Source: the human T2T-CHM13v2.0 reference genome, Homo sapiens. From it: a stretch of DNA of 64,000 nucleotides. Of this stretch, positions 1 to 13,020 are shown in pieces (the stretch's first letter is position 1; every line of letters starts with the position of its first letter). The position numbers and the translations under genes are program-made. The notes beneath the pieces were generated by a model that saw nothing but the letters and a program-made list of their open reading frames with translations, was not told where the DNA came from and made no database searches. Where the stretch lies: assembly GCA_009914755.4 (NCBI GenBank), contig CP068257.2:24192001-24256000 (forward strand), given 5' to 3'.

Positions 1-860
1 CCTTTTGGTTTGGTAAGCAGGGAATGTAAGCCAAAAATAAAATTCTAAGCCCTTCCAGCTGAGTGACGGACCCCTCCCTGCCCCCCATCTCTGCCAAGGG
101 CATTCCAAAGAATTATGAAAAACTAGTACAGGCCGTGATGGGAAGGAAGGGTCTGACACGCCTCATTATACCCTCCTCCCTTTGGAATTCAGGTATGACT
201 AACCAGCACTAACCTTAAAACAGCAATCTTAGGACTGACAAAATAAACTCCTTGTAGCAATAAGATACCAACATGACAGATAACAGGCCCTGAAAGAAAT
301 CAAAGTATTTTACCTGAAAACATATTTCTTTGACATATTTTGAAATGGCCCGGCAAAACTGTATCTTAGGGGAAAATCTACATTCTGTAGAGAATCACTT
401 TCCTTTTCCAGGTCTTTTCCCTCATCCAGGAGATAATTAACTAAGAGTCTGGCACCTTTTTAAGTGTGATAAGAAACATTTACAGTCTATTCTCTGAAAC
501 CTGCTACCTGGAGGCTTCACCTGCATAATAAGAACCTTGGCCTCCACATCCCCTTGTCTTAACCCGGACACTCCCTTCTGATTCCAGGTCTTTACATACC
601 ACCTTTACTCTTTCAAACAATTGTCAATCAAAAATCTTTGAATTCACCTATGACCGGAAGCCTCCCTCTTCACCCCTCTACCCCTGCAACATACACCTTA
701 CATGTATTGACTGATGTCTTACGTCTCCCTAAAATGTATGAAGCCAAGCTGCAGACTGACTCCCTCGGGCACGTATTCTTAGGACCTGGGGCCGTGGTCA
801 CTCATGTTTGGCTCAGAATAAATCTCTTCAAATATTTTAACAGAGTTTGACTCTTTTCCT
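1..860 (+). repeat. Probable ERV1-class LTR fragment (MER41/MER4/MER50-like R-region architecture)
   Basis: ...gccaagctgcagactgactccctcgggcacgtattcttaggacctggggccgtggtcactcatgtttggctcagaataaatctcttcaaatatttt... resembles the conserved ...tcaagctg.a.cccgac.acc.t.gggcac.t...aggacctc.tgaggc.gtg...ggcaaaataaa.ttt block near the poly(A) signal of several ERV1 LTRs. Family not assigned. Confidence 0.35.
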
Positions 861-1412
861 CGACAGGAAGCTTTGTCAATGCTGGTGAGGGCCATTGTGT
901 AATGATGAATTGAGAGTTTTGTGGAAAGCCAGATTACCATGGATTGAAGAGTAAACGAGATGGGAGAGTGTGGGTTTATCTTTTGTAAAGAGTGTCTGAA
1001 AGGAGGAAAGACATTTCCTAACTACAAGACAGATTAGGTCAAAAGCAAATTGTCTTTTTTTTGGTTTGTTTTTTTAAGAGGAAAGATAGTTGGATGTTCC
1101 ACACAGCACTGGAAATGAGTGACTGTTGCTGAGGACACAGGCCAAGGCCGACTTGGAAGGCCTCTGTACTCTATGTGGGCACCATTTCCAGACTCGCTGT
1201 TGTGCAAATCTGGGTTCATAGAGGTGCCTTGCTGAGTCTCTGGTACTGTCTTTTCAGTAAGTCCTCTTTTGAGACATGAATTGAAAGCACCATAGAAACA
1301 ATGGACCCTCCCACTCTGCTCTGAAGCAGGCCTAGCCCCTGACTCCCTACGTTGCTGGGTGGAAGCCAGTCCTCTCTCCAATTTTGCAGATTTGCTATCT
1401 AAAGAATTTGCA

Positions 1413-1773
<361 letters not shown>

Positions 1774-2351
1774 TCACATATTGGAAGAAGATCCTTGGAA
1801 CAGAGGGATTGGTATAGCCCTGAGCTTCCCAAGGTAAACACACAAGCCAAGTCCTAGCAGCACCAGGTTAGGGTAAATAAAAAATTTGAAAGGAGCAAAC
1901 TTGCTTTTGTTTTAAAATATCATAGTTTAATGAGAAATTTGAGCCTTGGTGACTGTCTTAACCCTTTTTTTTGTGAATATTGACGATAGGCCTTGATCCA
2001 TAGTATGCCACGGGTACATGATCCTTTCACAAATCTATGGTGGTGAAAAATGTCTCTTTATAATGTGTTGTGTACTGGTAATCTGAGGCTGGAAGAGTTG
2101 TGGATGTGGTAAAAATCAGTCTTTGTGGTTGGCCCACATTTTTTTTCTTTGGCCTCTGGCAACTGCACCCTGTGTGTGTGGGCATAAGAACAGTATGGAT
2201 CCATCACCTTACTGGCTTGTCAGCAATTACATAAGACAGCTCCACTTTCACTGAGAGTAACAATAATAATTTCTTCTGAGGACTTTTCTGGAAATGAAAA
2301 CACTTTAAGCAAAAAGCAGTGATCTAATTTGGAAGCAATACCTAGCAGAAA

Positions 2352-2812
2352 GTGTATTCGTTTCCTAGGGCTGCCGTAAAAAAAAAAGACCACAAACTGT
2401 GTGGCTTCACACAACAGAAATGTATTCTTTCCCAGTTACAGAGGCCAGAAGTCCAAAATCAAGGTGTTGACAAGGTTGGTTCATTCTGGAGGCTCTGAGG
2501 GAGAATCTCTTCCATGCCTCTCTCCCAGCTCCTGGTGAGTGCCAGCAGTTCTTGGTGCTCCTTGGCTTGCTGATGCCTGACTCCAAATCTCTATCTCCAT
2601 CATGTGGCATTCTGTCTGGATGTCTCTGTGTCCCTGTCTTCACAGGGCCTTCACATGACACCAGTCATTGGAACTAGTGTGCATTCCAATCCAGTACGAC
2701 CTCATCTTAACTTGGTTACATCTGCAAAGACCCTGTTTTCAAATAAATTCACATGTACTTGAACTGGGGGTTAGGGCTTCAACATATCTTTCTGCGGGGA
2801 CACAACTCAATC
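2352..2812 (-). repeat. Solo MaLR LTR (MLT1-type)
   Basis: RC-orientation MLT1-like text: gtgtattcgtttcctagggctgccgtaa...accacaaactgtgtggcttcacacaacagaaatgtattc...cagaggccagaagtccaaaatcaaggtgt...gacctcatcttaacttggttacatctgcaaagaccct...gggggttagggcttcaacatatc. Confidence 0.6.
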
Positions 2813-4002
2813 AAGAACAGGAGGCTATTGAGAAATAGGTATTTAGAAGAGCTCAGTAAGAATCCACATTTAGCATACAAGGAAGGAACATGGTATGCTG
2901 AGTAGTGAATTATAACTTTTATGTATTCAAGCTTTGGTAAAAGCTGGAATCCCTCTGGGGAAATTAAGAAAAAAAATCCCACTTTGATAGAGGCTGAAAT
3001 TCTTGGTAGTGGAAAGCAGATGAGCCCACTCTGTCTAGCACATATAGCAGTTTCCCTCTCTTTAAATTGGATAAGTCTGGCCTGGAAACTAGAAATCTCG
3101 GTTGACAGCCATAAACCACTTAGAAGTAGTCAGAATTACAGTCATTTGCAATATACCATACCCTATAAGAAGAGCATCTCCTTAATCATAATATCCAACT
3201 CTCAGACTATCCTTTTATAGACATTGAGGCTACAAAGGCATTTTCTTGATGGATTCCATGGTCCCGGGAACTTCTCAGAATCTGCATGGCTTATTCTGGG
3301 AAATTTGCCAGACCTCAGCCTTTTAAATTTGTGTAACTTACATGATGAATAGTGTATTGTGTAGGAAAGCCTATCAGAATAAACCAAATATTTCTTCTTT
3401 CCTTATGATTAGAAAACCTGTAGTTTGTCTCTCCGAGTTAGGCATTACATTATGTTTCCTCTGGGTTCATTTCATTTTATAATTTAAAAAAACTATAGTG
3501 TATTATTGTCTATCTGTGCCATTATTTTCCTTGAGTTTAAAGATGTCACATCAAACAGAACTCTTTTTTGAACTGAATCTCTATTACTGGGGACCTGCAC
3601 GTTTTGAAGCTGGCTAGGACTAAACATTTTCTTCATACCAGCTGTCACAAATAATTCAGTCTGCTAAATTCTAATACACTGGCAGAATGGGTGAGCAGTC
3701 CCTTGAAAAGAGAATTTTAAATATCAGTCTCTTCTCTCTTATATCAGTGTTCAGAAATTCCAGTGAAAACATTTGGGGAAGCAGACAGAATTAGTAATAA
3801 TGGAATTAGAGTGCTTTCCACATGCCCATTTTGTGTTGATCTGCATTTAGGTGGAGGTTAGAACTCAGTCCCTAAGTCTTGAAAGTTTGATGGCATGCAG
3901 AGCAATGTACTGAGACTATGGGTCCCAGTCCTCAGGAATCTTATTGCCTCACCCCTCAAGAAGAAACCAATGGTACTAGTAACGACAAAATGCTGGAGAC
4001 TG

Positions 4003-4460
4003 TATTAGTTTCTTTTTGCTGCTGTAACAACACAAAATTATTATCTTATAGTTCTGGGGGTGAGAAATCTGATGTGATCTCGGCTAAAAATTAAGGTATT
4101 GGTATGACTGGATTCATTCTGGAGTGCTCTATAGGATTATATGTTTGCTTTACTCTTCCAGCTTCTAGAGGCGTCACATTACTTGACTCATGGACCCCTC
4201 TCAACTTTACAACCAGCAATGGTTGGCCAAGTCTTTCTCATGTTGCGTCACTCTGACAGTGACTTATGCCTCCCTCTTCCACATTTAAGGACCCTTGTGA
4301 TTACATGGGCCACCCAAGTAATCCAGGATGATGGATCCAGCCAATTGGCAGTTTTAATTCCATCTGTAATCTTAATTCTCACTTGCTACATAGCCTAACA
4401 TAGTCACAGGTTCTGGGGATTACGATGTGGACATCTTGGGAGGTTGTTCTTCCATCTACC
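4003..4460 (-). repeat. Solo MaLR LTR (MLT1-type)
   Basis: ctgtattagtttctttttgctgctgtaacaacacaaaattattatcttatagttctggg...ccttgtgattacatgggccacccaagtaatccaggatgat...tcacaggttctggggattacgatgtggacatcttggga. Confidence 0.6.
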
Positions 4461-4807
4461 ACAGAAGAGAGTAAATATATCCCAGAGGTCAGTCACGTGT
4501 CCTCTTCTGATCAGAAAGGTAGGAGGCTTAGTTCTGAACTGTGCTGCTCTGTAAGTGTATTTTACTGAGTCATTCTGGCACTGGGTGCAGTGAGAGACAA
4601 TGCAAATTGCAAACCGTATCCAATTTCTGCCTCATTACTGTTACCAAAATGCCAGGGGCCTGCTGCTCACCACACAGAAAGCTGATCACTGAGACAATGA
4701 GTATTATCAGGGAAGAAGGCTTTCATTGCGTACTGCTGCCAAGGAGATGGGATGCAAGTCTCAAATTGGGGGTTCATATAGCAGGGAAGTAATGTAGCCA
4801 CATATAT

Positions 4808-5506
4808 TGTGTTAGTTTACTCTCACATTGCTATAAAGAACTACCCAGCCAGACATGGTGGCTCACACCTGTAATCCCAGCACTTTGGGACGTCAAGGCA
4901 GGTGGATCATTTGAGGTCAGGAGTTTGAGTTAGCCTGGCCAACATGGTGAAACTCCATCTCTATTAAAAATACAAAAATCAACCTGGTGTGGTGGTGGGC
5001 ACCTGTAGTCAGTCCCAACTACTTAGGCAACTGAGGCAGAAGAATTGCTTGAACCCAGGAGATGGAGGTTGCAGTCAGCCGAGATCATGCCACTGCACTC
5101 CAGGCTGGGCAACAGACTGAGACTCTGTCTCAAAAATAAATAAGTAAATAAATAAAATAAGAACTACCTGAGACTGGGTAATTTATAAAGAAAAGAGACT
5201 CAATTGGCTCACAATTCCACAGGCTGTACAGGAAGCATGTTGGGGAAGCCCCAGGAAACTTACAATCATGGCAGAAGGGTCAAGGGGAAGCAAGCACGTC
5301 TTCACATGGCATCAGGAGAGAAAGGGCAAAGGGGGAGCTCCTACGCACTTTCAAATAACCAGATCTCATGAGAACTCTATCATGAGAACAGCAAGGGGGA
5401 AGTCCACCCCCATGATGCAATCATCTCCCACCAGCTCCCTTCCCCAACATTGGGAATTACAATTCAACATGAGATTTGGGTGGGGACACAGAGCCAAACC
5501 ATAACA
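4808..5506 (-). repeat. MaLR LTR (THE1/MST class), minus orientation, split by the nested Alu
   Basis: RC matches the THE1/MST LTR from ...ccaaaccataaca (RC of TGATATGGTTTGG start) to tgtgttagtttactctcacattgctataaagaactacc...ctgagactgggtaatttataaag (RC of LTR 3' end). Confidence 0.75.
4846..5158 (+). mobile_element. Alu (older, AluJ/S-like) nested in a MaLR LTR; TSD aagaactacc
   Basis: cagccagacatggtggctcacacctgtaatcccagcactttggga... with A-rich/(AAAT) tail. TSD at 4836-4845 and 5159-5168. Confidence 0.9.
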
Positions 5507-7997
5507 TACAGGAAATCAGGAATTAGGGGGATGTAAGGAAGAGGAGTTGTCTAAATGCAGTGATCTGGTGAGTTTCAGTTTCTTGATACTATCTGGGACG
5601 TCTGGTGGTCAGTTTCCTGGGAAAGATACTCAAATTAGACAAATGTAAGTTTCAAGTTTTAAGACCAGGAGAGTCAGTTTCTATGTTTACTCAAAAAGAT
5701 CACAAACATCAGTTCTACAAGGAAATTAGCCAGTTTCATTATTTCCTCCATTACCCCCTAAACCTGAGCATGAAATTGTCATCTTTTCCAGTAGCTGGGA
5801 AAAGCTAAAGATCTTGATTTTAAATGGCAAATCTAAAGATCTTAAGAAGGGCATCAAGCAGATGCCCTTCCCACTCTTCCATCAAGGAAAAGTGTCTGCT
5901 TCCTTGTTCATAGATGATGCCTTCTTGTTGTGTGCTCACATGGTAGAAGGGCAAGGGGCCTCTCTCAGGCCCCTTTTATAAGGGCACTAATCCCATTCCT
6001 GAGGGCTCCACCCCTCTGACCTAATCACTTCCCAAATAACTTCCCACCTTGTAATACCGTCACCTTAGTGGTTAGAATTTCAACATATGAATTTGTAGGA
6101 GACACGAACATTCACAGCATAGTAGATACGCACCACATCGATGCAAGATATTAACAGCAGGGGAAATGCATGCAGAAGGACAGGGGATATAGGAACTTGC
6201 TGTATTTTCAGCTCAATATCTCTATAAACCTAAAACAGCTCTAAAATATAAACTCTATTTAAAAAACAAAAATGCTGTCTAGCCAGTGTCTTTTAGGGTC
6301 CAGATGTGGGGGCCATTTACATTTTGGACTGCGTAGCATAAAGGAAAATTATGTAAAGCATGAACTGTGTAAGCTCTGACAACATGTCCTTGTGGGCAGG
6401 AGCAGACTGCAATTTCTGAGGCATATAAAACACGGGGTCCTCTGCAGGAAAAGAATAAATACAAAATGAAGTAGGAAATAAAATACTTATTTGGAAGAGG
6501 CTTTGCAAGTGAGGGATCCTGACACTTAAGTTTCATTAACTTTATGACATCTATCTTGGCTTGTGCGTGCTGACACAGAGAAAGTAGGGGTTCTGAGGGA
6601 GGACAGAATGCCATAAACACAGAGAGAGAGGCAAAGCCGAGAGACCCAGAGAAAGGGAGAGAAATCATTTGAGGGCCTTCCTTTCTACTTTTTTGTTGCA
6701 GGTTTTATTTTCTTGTGAAGCCGAAATTTGCTACCCATGAGTATTACCAACAACGTGCCCCTGTTAGCTTAAACTAATGTGTTGGAACCAAATACCCAGC
6801 AGACGCAATATCCCTTATGAGGAGGGGAGGGGCAGTTGGAAGTGGTTCCATTTTGTAAGTGGCACCACTGAGGCAGAAAGCCAAGCAGTAACCTGCTCAA
6901 GAAAGGCAGTATAGTATGGATGGTTCAAACAGAGCCTACTTCTTTGATTTTCAGTCCAATGGTCTCTTCATTGTCTTTGGAGGGGAGTTAACACCTCCTG
7001 AGAAAGCCAGTGCATTACGATCTCATTACTTATTCTCTGCCCACATGACTGGTTCTGAGGTTCCTTGAAATTCAATTCTGTCTCCGTTGGAGACTGAGAA
7101 ATAATGAACTGAGGATAAACCAGGGTAGGTGTCATCACAAGATGACATTTTTGACAGTATGTCCAGAGGCCGCTGTTCATTACAGTTGCTTGTTGAGACC
7201 TCCTCCTGCCTTCCACTGGAGTGATGTGCAGTGAGGGTATTTCTGTAACTTTTCCTCCAGGAAGTTTCCTTTCCACTTTGATGTAACAGAGGAAACAGAC
7301 AGTCTTAATTTAAGCTGAATTCAACTGTAGGCTCCTTAAGCCCTAGAGTTAGGATACAACTGGACAATGTGGCAAAAGACATAACACATACCGCAGATTT
7401 GTTAGAAAGAATGCATGCGGCAAGCGTTGGCCAATTATTCCGGTGTCACCTGGGGTGGCATGTTATTTTATGCTGTGGCGCTATTGCTAGTGATGGCCGC
7501 TGTGTATTTGCTCTCCAAATCCATGGAGATAGTTCAATGCCTTTTTACTGTGTACACTTGGCAGCTGCTAACTGCAGACATAAGAACAGAATCTCTGAGG
7601 GTAGATGGAGAAGCAAGTTATGTGACCATTTTTCTGTGTTCTCAATGCCCTCACTATACGTAAAAGTAAAGAATACAATTTCACACTCTCTCTCTTTTTA
7701 AGCAATTATAAGATGTCCAGGTCAGTGCTGAGAGATTTCCAAACACTAGCACAAAAAGTTCCTGAAAGTGGTCTTGGATAGGAGGAATGATTACTCTCTC
7801 CACTGAGGCAGGTGGAGAAGTGGCAGACACAGAATTCAAACCTAGGTCTCCCCGACTGCAGTGATCTGTTGCCCACCCACTGTTCAACCTTCCATTATAG
7901 TACTCACCGAATGCCTTCCCAGATGGGGTCCTCAAGTCCCTGCACCATGTGTCATCTTTGTATCTATAATATCTAGCTCAGTTCTTCTTACTTTCTG

Positions 7998-8142
7998 ACA
8001 CAGCGCCTCACTCTGTTGCTCAGGCTGGAGTGCAGTGACACCACATAACTCACTGCAGTCTTGATTTCTCGGGTTCAAGCTATCCTCCCCTGTCAGCCTC
8101 CCAAGTAGCTGGAATGACAGGTGTGAGCCACCATGTCTAGCC
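7998..8142 (-). mobile_element. Alu-derived monomer-length fragment
   Basis: ctcactctgttgctcaggctggagtgcagtg...cagcctcccaagtagctggaatgacaggtgtgagccaccatgtctagcc. Only about 145 bp. Confidence 0.7.
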
Positions 8143-10108
8143 TCAACGCTTCTTAAAGGAAGTGAGTGAATGAATGAGTTGTAGCCCCAGCTTTGATCGA
8201 GTTGCTCAGAATGTCATAAAAAAGGTGGCCATGTGGATGTTTTGGTGTCCTTTTTCCAGGGGGATTTCTTCCTGTGCTGGAGGTTCTCTCTTGAAAGTTA
8301 ATGGGTCTCAGCACAGTGCCTGAAGTGATTTGTGGGTTGGATCCTCTTAGGCAAGAGCCCATCTGTGGGAATCAATGTTTGGCTTATCCAGTAGACAAAT
8401 TAGTCTGACATCACTATCCCTTTGAGGGACAGGCTGTTGTCTCCTTGTCAAGAGTGGATCATTTGCTGTTTAGTTTTCCTTCGGTACAGAAGGGCTTGGG
8501 TTTGGGGGTGAGTGATTCAGCACTTGGTTAATCAGCTATTCTGCATGGCATCAATGTTTTTGAATTTTTGAAATAAGTCTTGTGGATTCCTCTCCACTCC
8601 TCTTCTGTTTAGCACCACCTACACCTTGGTAACTCTGTCTGCTGACACTCGTTCTCCTTCAGTTTCTCCCCCACATTCCCTTTCTGCTGCCTGATGAATC
8701 TCTGGGGAAAAACTACCTCTCAAGGTTTTCCTGTCAAATGTTCCCTGGTAATGAGAACAGAGCTGAGTTTTTGGGTCGTTGCTATGGAGAAAGTGTGTTT
8801 TCTCATTGCCCTATTATATTTGAGTATGTTCCCAGTCTGAAATCTGTGGGTGACACTGCATTTGCACCCCCTTTTTAGGTCTATTGTATCTCAATTATAT
8901 AAGCCTCAGTGTGCTTTTTTTTGTTTTATTTTTAACAGTTTTTATGTTCCCCTTTTACCACCCAGTATAACAGGTGGCCTCACGTCAGTGGTTGAGGTTG
9001 AAGACCATGAACCTAATATCTCTCCTGCATTATATTGCATGCATTCTGCTGCTCTTCATGCAGAAAGAAAACATTCAATTTTTAGATTCATGTGAACACT
9101 ACAGAAATAACTAATATGTGATGAACACTGGCTCCTTCCATACTTCTCACATCTATTGGCTATTCCTGTGCTTCTAACTAGTTTTTATTTAACAACATTG
9201 AATGCTTAGGCACTGATAGATTCTAGAGCTTTACCTTTCTTTCTTCCTTTTTTTTTTTTTTTTTATAGCTGAAACCTTTCTTCTATGGAAATGGTATGAA
9301 AACCCGACAGGGAAAACAAATAACCGAGGTGAGAGAAAGGGGCTCAGAGCTCACCACTGCTCTTGTTCCTTGCAGGGGTCCGTCAGGTTCATCCACAGAA
9401 CATCTTGGGCTGGCAGAGTTCAGATGGAAACCCACTCTACAAGTTGCCACAAAAATGAACAGACTACACGGATTTTGGGAGCTTACAGCTGAACGGGGAA
9501 AATGTTATGTGATCAACACGCAACTCATAGTCAAACAATGTCCTAATTGCTTTAAGAGCAGTAAGGTAGACCCTGAGTGTCAGACAGTATGGTAGATAGG
9601 GCAGTGGGCATTGGAGATCTGGTCAGAATCCTGATTCTTCAACTCTCTCTGAGCAAATCAACTTGAACAACTTGAACTTCTTTGAATCTGTTTCTGACTT
9701 GTAAAATGAAGATAATGTGACCTACTTAACTTTTTCCAGATTTGTTGACAGGATCAGGCATACGATTGAGTGCAAAGTACTTAATCCAGTGTCTGGCTTA
9801 TTGTCAAAGAGAGTATTGATAAAGACATTCCTCACAAGAATAATAGCTACCACCATTGATTGCTTTCTATGTAGTAGTCACAGCACTAGACAGAACTAGG
9901 AGTCTTGCCTCAGTCATCTCAGTGTCTTCTCTAAGCCTCTTCATGAGAAATCTTACAAATCAGGTCATTAAAATACAGGCTTAATATCTTATTCATGTAT
10001 TTATTCATTCATACAACAAATATTTACTGAGCAGCTCTTAAATGCTAGGCACTGGTCTAGTCTTGGGGGACACTACAGAGATCTCTGCCCTCATAGATTA
10101 GATGTTGC

Positions 10109-10415
<307 letters not shown>

Positions 10416-13020
10416 TAATGGAGTAAACAGACTATAAAACAGTTGTATTACTTGGATGGTGGTTCAAACAGAAGGAAATCTCTGAGATGACCCTCAGGTT
10501 TTAATCTTGATGTTTTTACCTGATAATCAAGATCTGGCTTTGCTCAAGGAATCTACTCCATATTTACCCTCTGAGTTCTGAGATGATTCTTTTCTCCTGG
10601 AGTTCATAATCATGTCACAAATGCCACATTTATCAATACATGTGATTTAAGGTCCCATATCATCTCTTTGAAAAAAACTTGCTTGGAGATTCTGTGCTTG
10701 TTCATGCTTCCCAATTCAGTCCATGCATCCAATCCAATTTTAAATGTCTTCTCTTCTGGGAAACTGTCCTAAGTCCTTTAGGTCTCCCCTGATCCTAGTA
10801 CAGACTTATGTCTGTCATAGCAGTAAGCCTTCAATATCCCAATTCGTTGTTTATGTATCTCCCTCCTTACTGTTCTCTGTGTTTCTTGAAGGCAAGGACC
10901 GTCTTTTATTTATTCCCTTTGTATCCCCAGAATCTAGCACATATAGCACTCCATTTTTTTAAGCTGATGATGAAGAAAAAGACCAATAAAAGATCTGTAG
11001 AAATACTATATGCGTATTTACACAAATGTCTATACTTAGGGGGAAAGTACAGCTGAATCTTTCAATATGTTTTACCACCTGCTCTGTAGATGCTGTAGAT
11101 TGGTGGCTATAACTTGTGGGTCTCTGTGGTTGGTGAAGGTGGTGGTCAACTTGGTATTTCTAAACAGGTCTTTGTTTGCATTTATCTATCTGCATTTGCT
11201 TACCGCGAGCTATGATATTTAGAAATGTGCTTCTAATACTGTTATCTCAAAGTTCTTGCTCTGGAATGTAAGCATCTTGATTTAGATACAGAGAATGATA
11301 GGCAATGAAACCTGCCTGAAACGAATTAGCTAATTGGTTTCAGTTCTCCTAAAGAATGAATTTTCATCTCTGTCCTGTCTTCTTTCTTCAGATCAGTTCA
11401 GGACCTTTCTGATGTGATTTATCATAACAGAACTGTAATTTACATCAACCATCTGAATGTCCCTATGTAAGTGGATCGGGGATTACTTTTACTTGCTTCT
11501 TGCGTGACTCAATTTTGGAGAACACTCAACTGTTTACTGTCAGAATCTGTTCTCGAATGAGACAGATGTAATATGAAAAGTTAACAGTGGCCTGTGTCTC
11601 TATGATGTTTGCTCCCTCAATCTGTTATGCATTGTTTTCTCAAAAGTCATTTTCTAACTCCCGTGAATGTGATTCATTGATGATCTCTGCTTCAGACTAT
11701 AAAGAGGGCTTAGAAAGAAGTAAACACTCAAGAGTTTAACTGGCTTAGTGTTTGGAGTTGCCCTTACTGGGCTCAAAGGATGCCACTTGCCTGTAATAAC
11801 CAGCCACCCCAAGTCAGAGCCAGATGGAGGTGTGGGACTACAGGCAGAATATTAAGTTTGGCACCTTTCCAAACAAAAGTTCTTTAAATATTTTCCAGCA
11901 TAGGTAAAGAGGAGAGGCTAAGAGCTGTGTTGGAGCAGGAAAAGGAAGGAGGACATGGGGGTTGTGCTCAGTTTCTTTGCTATTGCTCCAAGAAACTCAG
12001 CTTTGGCCCCAGCTTTTGTAACCCACATAGCTAAACAAACTGAGCAGGTTACCACATCTTCTTCTTGGGCCTTGTCTCATCTCTCACCCTAGCAGCAGCT
12101 TCTCAAAGTATTCTTCCCCATCACATGGAGTATCTTCTGAGATGTGCACAAAGTACCCCTTTCTCCATCTAGTCCATGTCTAGTGAAGTTTTTTTTTTCT
12201 AATCATGTATTAGTGTCTCTTACAGACTGAAACCTGGGACAGAGGCCTCATGCCCCTTGTCAGTCTTGCTCCAGATAAAAATCTCATTTATGTGACACAC
12301 TTTATCCTTTAATTCTTCAAGCCTGTACTTTGCACATCAAGCTTCTACAAGAGTAGTTGGTGCTTTTGTCCTGAAGTCAAATTCTATGCTTTGTTCTCAA
12401 GTGGGTCATGGACCCCATCACTAAAGCACAGAAGAGAAACCGCTGCCTCCTTTGGGCCTATCTATATTCCGCTGGGCTATAGGCCTCACATCTTCACCAT
12501 GCAGTATAGTCCTCATGACCTTACAGCCACACACCCTAGCCCCACTGCTCTGAAATCCTTGGACCAGCCATATGTGCCATGCAACATTACCTTGCCTGCA
12601 CTCTGGCTTGTCACCTTTTCAAACAGCAGAGGAGCCTTTGCTTACCCCACCTGTGGGGCTGGTTTTTCCTGTAGCTGAGCAGGACCTTCATAGCCAGTTA
12701 GTATCTGCTTCTCAGATGGGGAAGGTTTACTAAAAGCACTCAACAGAGGCCACTTTCCTGACAGCTGACTGCATCCCCCATGGGCTAAACCATCTAAATC
12801 TCCTTCGGCACCAACCCATTTGCTTTACACCTTTAAGATCTCATACTATGCTCAATTTCTCACCATCATGCCTGAGACTCCGAAGATTAATTCCACCAAG
12901 TCTATGTTAACTGTCCTCTAGTTTTTCTGATGCTCTGTTTGTTTCCTTCACAGAACTTCACATGTTGTAATTATTTTCCTGTTCCTTTGCCTGTTAATTT
13001 CTTTGCCCCTTGATACAGTT

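Noticed and set aside
9243-9266. Long poly-T/poly-A runs (also 12188-12200, 33001-33020, 53585-53605, 58117-58140) as possible truncated Alu/L1 tails or regulatory tracts
   Set aside because: No adjacent Alu/L1 body or TSD could be recognised. Treated as simple homopolymer runs.
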